DNA of 64,000 nt, from positions 11,738-75,737 of the forward strand of contig JACPGP010000030.1 in NCBI GenBank assembly GCA_016182425.1, in the 5' to 3' direction. Origin of the DNA: Candidatus Levyibacteriota bacterium. GTDB taxonomy: Bacteria; Patescibacteriota; Microgenomatia; Levybacterales; UBA12049. Below the pieces are notes generated by a model, which worked only from the letters and a program-made list of their open reading frames with translations, was not told the origin of the DNA and ran no database searches. How positions within the stretch are numbered: position 1 is the stretch's first letter; the number at the start of each line of letters is the position of its first letter. A program made the position numbers and the translations under genes. Positions 58,256 through 64,000 of this stretch are shown here, one piece after another.

Positions 58256-59637
58256 TCCTTTGTTCCTTTTAAGTAAACTGCTTGCCAAGGTCTGTAATTT
58301 GACACAAACTTGTCATTTATAATAATTTTTCCGTTTTTTGCCACCTTTCTTGTAAATATCGATGTTGCACCTGCTGCTGCAAAGTCAGTTTGTCGTACCA
58401 CTCCCTTTGCCAGCGTTGGATCGTCTTGATAGAGGGGAGCTGGGGCTTGGGTCTCATTGGTAATTACAGGCTTGCTTATAGTAACTTGCCTTCCATCTGC
58501 TGTGCCATAGAGGGAAAAGGTTAGGCGCTCGGTGGTTGGATCAAGTTCAGTTTGGATGAGAATATGGTTTCCAGTATCATTTTTAAACCGTAAGTCAATG
58601 CTTGGAACATAGACAGTTGCGTCAAATCCAGGAGGAGAGTCTTGTTCGTAATAGCCAACGCGATAGTCATGTGCATGCCGTTCTACAATGGGAAGACCAG
58701 CAGCAAGAAGTGCGCGAAAAAAAGTGGTTGATACTTGGCATACTCCTCCGCCATCACCCAAGACAGTTCGTCCGTCTTGTATAATGTACGCCTGTTTATA
58801 GCCTGTAAAAGAAGAAATATCACCAAGCGCGTTGCCAAACGAAAAGGTTTCCCCAGGAAGAACAAGTAGTCCGTTAAGTCTTGTTGCCGCAAGAGTAATG
58901 TTATAGATCCTATTGGGTATTGAGTGTTGAAAAAGCGATGTTCCACTCCCGATGAGTTCTTTTATGCCAAGGTTATTTGCTTCGTCTGTAGTTACTTTTG
59001 GTTTTATAATCTTAATAGGAATATCAAATAATACTCTCTGAGGCTTTTCCAGCTGGACGATAAGCGGCGTTTTAAGGGAAATTTTTCTGGTGAGTATTTC
59101 CATATCGACTTTTTGCCCATTACTTGATGGTTTGAATGCGGCGACTCTCCCATTCCTAAATTTAAAGAGCGCGTCTACAGCTTCAATAGAAGCATTTTTA
59201 ACAATTGGAGCAAGAGTGTGTTGGAGTTTTTCATCGGAATACTGGTATGAAGCGGGGAGATTTATACCGTTAAGGTAGGATTGTAGTACAAGACTGATAT
59301 TTGCCAGTAAATCTTTAGATCTTCCAATACTGTAGGCCTGTTCGGCAAGTAGATTTTCGTTGTATCCAAGATTTAATTTTTCGGCAGATACAGTTGCCAC
59401 ACGCGTTTCGTAGATAAATACCATCTCTGTTTTTCCAATACGAGTATTTTTCTGGGCAAAAAAAGTTTTAACATCATTTTGGGTTTTTCCCCCAAATTCA
59501 ATTTCTGCAATGCTTATTCCAGGAAATATTCGATTGTTGTAGTATTTTTGGAATACAATAAAGGTAAAACTTATAAAGAAGAATAAGCCTAAGCCCGCGC
59601 CGATAAAAAACCAAAAGACGCCGTGCATTATTTTCAT
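58252..59637 (-). CDS. VanW family protein
   Basis: N-terminal TM, central PG-binding-like region and C-terminal VanW domain (PGETFSF...). Confidence 0.6.
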   Translation of the reverse strand: MKIMHGVFWFFIGAGLGLFFFISFTFIVFQKYYNNRIFPGISIAEIEFGGKTQNDVKTFFAQKNTRIGKTEMVFIYETRVATVSAEKLNLGYNENLLAEQAYSIGRSKDLLANISLVLQSYLNGINLPASYQYSDEKLQHTLAPIVKNASIEAVDALFKFRNGRVAAFKPSSNGQKVDMEILTRKISLKTPLIVQLEKPQRVLFDIPIKIIKPKVTTDEANNLGIKELIGSGTSLFQHSIPNRIYNITLAATRLNGLLVLPGETFSFGNALGDISSFTGYKQAYIIQDGRTVLGDGGGVCQVSTTFFRALLAAGLPIVERHAHDYRVGYYEQDSPPGFDATVYVPSIDLRFKNDTGNHILIQTELDPTTERLTFSLYGTADGRQVTISKPVITNETQAPAPLYQDDPTLAKGVVRQTDFAAAGATSIFTRKVAKNGKIIINDKFVSNYRPWQAVYLKGTKE

Positions 59638-59675
59638 TTGCCTTAATTCCCGTTTAGGTATTATACTATAAAGTT

Positions 59676-61031
59676 ATGGAGGAAAGTACCATTTTTCAGC
59701 GCGCAGAGTTACCGACGCCGATTAAAGAAGAAAAAGTATTTCCTTTTCCTCTTCTTATTAAAGGAGTATTTGGATTATTCATTGTTATTATTATTTTTGT
59801 TGTTTGGCAATTTGTTTTACCAAGATTTAAGGGAAGTAATAACGAAGTAATAACGCTTTCTCACTGGGGGTTGTGGGAAGAAGAAAATGTTATGCGGGTA
59901 GTATTGAATGATTTTGAAAAGCAAAATCCCCAGATTAAAGTCGATTATGTAAAACAAGATGTAAAACAGTACAGAAGTCGCATAATCACGCGAACAGAAA
60001 ATGGTACAGGGCCAGATGTGTTTTTGTTTCACAATACCTGGCTTCCGCAAATAATATCTAATCTTTTGCCAATGCCTTACGATGTTATGCCAAAAGACGA
60101 GCTGCAAAAAACATTCTATCCTGTTGTGGTAAACGACCTTACCCAAAAAGGTGCGATATACGGCGTTCCAGCAGGTATAGATACTCTAGCTTTGTTTATT
60201 AATTCTGAGATGTTTAAGCAGGCAGGGATTATACCCCCAACAAATTGGCAGGATTTTGGAACAGCGGCCAGAACGTTAACAGTTAAAGATGAGACCGGAA
60301 AAATTAAAACTGCAGGAGCAGCAATGGGAACATTTGATAATATTACTCACGCTCCTGATCTTATATCACTTCTTATGGTGCAAAATGGGGCAAATATTAA
60401 CGATATGGTAGAAACCAGAGAAAGCATTATTGATGCATTAGATTTTTATACATCTTTTGCAAAAGACGAGGGCAGAGTGTGGGATGCGACACTTGACCCA
60501 TCCCTTCTTGCCTTTGCAAAGGGAAATCTTGCCATGTATTTTGGCTACTCGTGGGACATTTTTGCCATAAAACAACTAAACCCTCAGCTTTCTTTCCAGA
60601 TTGTTCCAGTTCCTCATTTGCCAGGGAGAAATATGACTATGGCAAGCTATTGGGTAAATGGTGTAAACGCCAAGAGCAAATATCAAAAAGAAGCACTGCT
60701 TTTAATAAAATTTCTCTCTATGAAAGAGACGATGCAAAAAATCTTTTCCGAAAGCTCAAAAACAAGAACTTTTGGCGAGCCATATCCAAGAATTGACCTG
60801 GCAGATAGTCTTAAAGACAATTCTCTTGTGTATCCATTTATTACCTCGGCCAATGATGCCACATCTTCTTTTTTTGCCAGTGATACATTTGACGAGGGGA
60901 TAAATAATCAAATGAATGCCTACCTTGGGAATGCAGTGCGCTCGATTCTTGGCAATACCTCGTTAGATTCAGTAGTAGATACTCTTATCCAAGGCGTTAA
61001 TCAAGTACTGCAACAGTATGCAGAATTTTAG
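59676..61031 (+). CDS. extracellular solute-binding protein (ABC sugar-type, family 1)
   Basis: Signal anchor then periplasmic-binding-protein type 2 fold. 451 aa. Confidence 0.65.
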   Translation: MEESTIFQRAELPTPIKEEKVFPFPLLIKGVFGLFIVIIIFVVWQFVLPRFKGSNNEVITLSHWGLWEEENVMRVVLNDFEKQNPQIKVDYVKQDVKQYRSRIITRTENGTGPDVFLFHNTWLPQIISNLLPMPYDVMPKDELQKTFYPVVVNDLTQKGAIYGVPAGIDTLALFINSEMFKQAGIIPPTNWQDFGTAARTLTVKDETGKIKTAGAAMGTFDNITHAPDLISLLMVQNGANINDMVETRESIIDALDFYTSFAKDEGRVWDATLDPSLLAFAKGNLAMYFGYSWDIFAIKQLNPQLSFQIVPVPHLPGRNMTMASYWVNGVNAKSKYQKEALLLIKFLSMKETMQKIFSESSKTRTFGEPYPRIDLADSLKDNSLVYPFITSANDATSSFFASDTFDEGINNQMNAYLGNAVRSILGNTSLDSVVDTLIQGVNQVLQQYAEF

Positions 61032-61887
61032 TCTCCATAAAAGCATTCTCAAAACTCTTGCCTATGCAGATATATTTGATTCGCCATTGACGCTTCATCA
61101 GCTTTGGCAATTTCTTATTAGCGAAAGAAGAGTAGATAAAAACGTAGTGGAACGTAGCATAGCAACTATTCTTACTATTGAAAAGATAAATGACTACTTT
61201 TGTTTTCGGGGAAGAGCGCACATCGTAGATAAAAAAATTGCGACTATTGCAGATAGTAGCGAAAAATATAGGAGGGCGGCCAAAGCATCATTATTTCTCT
61301 CACGGATTCCAACAGTTGTTCTTATTGGTGTGAGTGGTGGCTTGGCAGTTGGAAATGTTTCAAAGGATGATGATATTGATTTGTTTATTATTGCCCAAAA
61401 GGGCACTCTATGGATGACACGATTTTTTAGTAACCTTTTATTAGATGCACTTAGAATGCGCAGAAAAAGAGGAGCAAGGGATATTTCTGGTAAAATATGT
61501 CTTAATATGTTTATCGAGGAGAGGGGTATTGCAATTCCTAAGAACAAACAAAATTTATATACTGCACACGAAATTGCGCAGATGATATTACTTTTTGAGA
61601 GAAATAATACCTATCAACGATTTTTACAGGCAAATACGTGGGTAGAGAAGTTTTTACCAAATAGTATAGATATTAAGAAAAAATTACCAATCTTAATATC
61701 TGAATATCTTAGTATCTTTTTATCTTCATTCGAGTTTCTTGCAAAGAAAGTACAGCTTTGGTATATGAAGAAGCATAGGACAAGAGAGGAAATTAATGAT
61801 TATATACTTGCTTTTTACCCATTTGATTATGAGAAGAAGTTGTTAAAAAAATATGAAGAGAGACTTAAAAAGTATCATATAGCATGA
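61018..61887 (+). CDS. Pol-beta-superfamily nucleotidyltransferase domain protein of unknown function
   Basis: hG[GS]-x(9-13)-DhDh signature: IGVSGGLAVGNVSKDDDIDLFI. Overlapping ends with neighbours on both sides. Confidence 0.4.
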   Translation: MQNFSLHKSILKTLAYADIFDSPLTLHQLWQFLISERRVDKNVVERSIATILTIEKINDYFCFRGRAHIVDKKIATIADSSEKYRRAAKASLFLSRIPTVVLIGVSGGLAVGNVSKDDDIDLFIIAQKGTLWMTRFFSNLLLDALRMRRKRGARDISGKICLNMFIEERGIAIPKNKQNLYTAHEIAQMILLFERNNTYQRFLQANTWVEKFLPNSIDIKKKLPILISEYLSIFLSSFEFLAKKVQLWYMKKHRTREEINDYILAFYPFDYEKKLLKKYEERLKKYHIA

Positions 61888-62873
61888 GACGATTTCGACT
61901 TGCTGCATGCGGGGGAACATTTGATCATTTTCATAAAGGACATAGAGATTTTTTGCAATTTGCCCTAAAGAATGCAGATAAGCTTATTATTGGTATCACA
62001 AGCGACAAGTATCCTGATAATAAACGGGAGGAGATAGAAAGCTTTTCTTCTCGGAAGTTAAGCGTTTATTCTTTTTTAGAAAGAGAAAGCGCTATAAACA
62101 AGACAGAAATTATATCAATAGATGATGTGTATGGCCCAACGATTTCAAAAGCAGTTCCAATAGAGGCAATTATTGTTTCTGAACAGACGCAAAAAGGCGC
62201 AGAGCTTATTAACAATTACAGGCAAGAACTTGGGTTATTGTCTCTTAAGATGCTGGTGTCTCCCATGACAAAAGCGCAAGATAATGGTATTATTTCTTCC
62301 TTAAGAATTAGGCGTGGTGAGATTGACAGGGAAGGAGAGTTGTATATGCATCCTTCTTTGTTATTCCAAAAGCGAGTGCTCCCAGAAGACCTACGACAAA
62401 AACTTAAAAAGCCTTTGGGAGTTCTTTTAAGAGGCAAAAGCATCCTTCGTGGTCTTGATCCTCAAAAAACAATAACAGTAGGAGATGTTGTTACAAAAAC
62501 GTGTAATGAGTCATCATTTGGTCAAAAAATATCGGTGATTGATTTTTATGTTGGAAGAGAAAAAAAATTTTCCAATATTTTAGAGCTTGGTTTTTTGGGG
62601 AAAGAGGAAATAATGTCAGTTACTAATCCTGCTGGAAGTTTAACGCCAGAACTTTTCAAAGCGGCAAGAGATATTTTTCTTACAGAAAAAGACAAGCGAT
62701 GCGTTGTAAAAGTTGAGGGAGAAGAAGATTTAGCAGTTTTGCCATTTCTACTTGCTGCTCCTTTGAGTTTTACCATTCTGTACGGACAGCCAAATGTTGG
62801 AGTTGTAAGAGTGAATGTTTCTGAAGAAATGAAGAACGTTGCCCGTAATATTGTTTCTCAATTCATCTCATAG
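61884..62873 (+). CDS. fusion protein: archaeal-type phosphopantetheine adenylyltransferase (N-terminal) + DUF359/COG1909-like domain (possible GTP-dependent dephospho-CoA kinase) (C-terminal)
   Basis: N-terminal CGGTFDHFHKGH, GITSD, AIIVSEQTQKGAELIN and ISSLRIRRG match archaeal PPAT. The C-terminal ~180 aa carry GDVVT and VEGEEDLAVLP motifs. Confidence 0.55.
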   Translation: MRRFRLAACGGTFDHFHKGHRDFLQFALKNADKLIIGITSDKYPDNKREEIESFSSRKLSVYSFLERESAINKTEIISIDDVYGPTISKAVPIEAIIVSEQTQKGAELINNYRQELGLLSLKMLVSPMTKAQDNGIISSLRIRRGEIDREGELYMHPSLLFQKRVLPEDLRQKLKKPLGVLLRGKSILRGLDPQKTITVGDVVTKTCNESSFGQKISVIDFYVGREKKFSNILELGFLGKEEIMSVTNPAGSLTPELFKAARDIFLTEKDKRCVVKVEGEEDLAVLPFLLAAPLSFTILYGQPNVGVVRVNVSEEMKNVARNIVSQFIS

Positions 62874-62977
62874 TATTTTTACTAGAGGTTCTTGACAAAA
62901 GCCAGTGGTATACTATACTATGCACTTGTTTTGTTTCCCTCCTTAAATTTATTTGCGAGGGATTTTTCTTTGAAAGT

Positions 62978-63457
62978 ATGGGAAAAGATAAAAAAATTTA
63001 TCTCACGAAAGAAGGTCTTGTAGAGCTTAAAAAAGAACATGATGATCTCACCAAGGTTCGTCGTCCAGAAGTTCTCGAACGGGTTTCGCAGGCAAGAAGT
63101 CTGGGTGATCTTTCGGAAAACGCAGAATACGCAGCCGCCAGGGAAGAACTTTCTTTTATTGACGGTAGAATTGATGAATTAGAAGAACTGCTTCGTCAGG
63201 TAAATATTATCAGCGAAGGAGGAAAAAGGGGGAAATCTGCTAAGGTAATAAAGCTTGGATCTAGAGTTTCTCTTCACGTGAATGGGAAAAAAGAGGAGTT
63301 TTTGGTGGTAGGAGAATGGGAAGCAGATCCCGCAGCCCAAAAAATTTCCCATGAATCTCCTTTAGGTAAAGCTTTAATCGGGAAAAAGATTGGAGATAAG
63401 GTTGAAGTTGCTGCCCCAGTAGGTAAAATTCTTTATACGGTTTTTGATGTTAGATAG
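62978..63457 (+). CDS. greA: transcription elongation factor GreA
   Basis: LTKEGLVELKKEHDDL start, coiled-coil then FKBP-like C-terminal domain. 159 aa. Confidence 0.85.
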   Translation: MGKDKKIYLTKEGLVELKKEHDDLTKVRRPEVLERVSQARSLGDLSENAEYAAAREELSFIDGRIDELEELLRQVNIISEGGKRGKSAKVIKLGSRVSLHVNGKKEEFLVVGEWEADPAAQKISHESPLGKALIGKKIGDKVEVAAPVGKILYTVFDVR

Positions 63458-63462
63458 ATTTT

Positions 63463-64000
63463 GTGAATAAGAAATCTTCTCTTGTTCTTAAATTTGGCGG
63501 CACGTCAGTTAGCACAAAGGAGCGAATTTTGACGATTCGCGACATTATCCGCAAAGAAAATAATCACCACATAGCAGTTGTTGTTTCCGCAGTAAGCGGA
63601 ATTACCGATCTTCTTTTATCCCTACCAAAAGAAACAAAAAAACAACAAGATGTAATTATTCAAAGAATAAAAAATGTGCACCTAGCACTTATTAATAATT
63701 TGTTAAATAACGAATCGGTAAAAAACAATGCATTACTGTATGTAGATAGAAAAATTATCGAGGTACAAAAACTCATGGGGAAAAAACGAAAAAATAAAGC
63801 TTTTCTTGACAAACTTGTTTCATATGGAGAAATACTTTCTTCTTACATTGTTGCTGAAACGTTACGTCTGCATGGCATACCAGCGTCTCAAATTGTTGCC
63901 ACCGAGCTAATTGTTACCGATGATAATTTTGGATCCGCCGAATTTTTGTTAGAACCAACACAAAAAAATATAAATCAAAAACTTAAACCACTTATAGAAA
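63463..64000 (+). CDS. lysC: aspartate kinase, N-terminal part (runs off window end)
   Basis: GTG start. LVLKFGGTSV amino-acid-kinase motif. Confidence 0.6.
   Translation, partial: MNKKSSLVLKFGGTSVSTKERILTIRDIIRKENNHHIAVVVSAVSGITDLLLSLPKETKKQQDVIIQRIKNVHLALINNLLNNESVKNNALLYVDRKIIEVQKLMGKKRKNKAFLDKLVSYGEILSSYIVAETLRLHGIPASQIVATELIVTDDNFGSAEFLLEPTQKNINQKLKPLIE

Noticed and set aside
1-64000. CRISPR arrays, rRNA genes, tmRNA, SRP RNA and additional tRNAs
   Set aside because: Scanning for regularly spaced direct repeats, rRNA/tmRNA/4.5S signature motifs and cloverleaf candidates found only the single tRNA-Pro. Absence is stated with the caveat that no covariance models could be run.

Overview
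This window carries the core translation and transcription gene set of a small, low-GC genome whose organisation resembles Candidate Phyla Radiation/Patescibacteria. UGA is a stop, ATGA/GTGA gene overlaps are frequent, several starts are TTG/GTG, and L30 is absent between rpsE and rplO. The backbone runs alaS..mltG on the minus strand, then rpoB-rpoC-rpsL-rpsG-fusA-tuf-rpsJ, and rplC through rpsI with secY, adk, map, infA, rpmJ and rpoA. After that come tRNA-Pro(GGG), recA-recX, rny, hup, an ABC-2 exporter, an AI-2E transporter, an unannotated RNase P RNA, a UvrD-type helicase-nuclease, rmuC, tsaD, a VanW protein, greA and the start of lysC.

The str/S10 superoperon is interrupted three times by accessory DNA:
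- an orphan Phd/YefM antitoxin plus an antisense cyclophilin between rpsG and fusA;
- a frameshifted GH18-like gene plus nadE-nadD between fusA and tuf;
- a small-protein plus retropepsin-like aspartic protease cassette between rpsJ and rplC, with a second paralogous copy of this cassette at the start of the window.

A low-GC island at 8.29-10.07 kb between alaS and rpoB carries a tight three-gene operon ending in a 215-aa protein with a caspase-like His/Cys architecture, and a convergent protein with a divergent JAB-like motif. This island and the duplicated retropepsin cassette are the strongest candidates for an undescribed system.

Other points of note:
- an S51 peptidase-like protein with a CysRS C-terminal-like tail that overlaps tRNA-Pro;
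- a fusion of an archaeal-type phosphopantetheine adenylyltransferase with a DUF359-like C-terminal half (possibly a dephospho-CoA kinase);
- a Bro-N/DinD-like island;
- a sortase operon with an FtsA/PilM-like membrane protein;
- ribosomal-protein tail extensions;
- several near-leaderless promoters.

No CRISPR array or rRNA was found.
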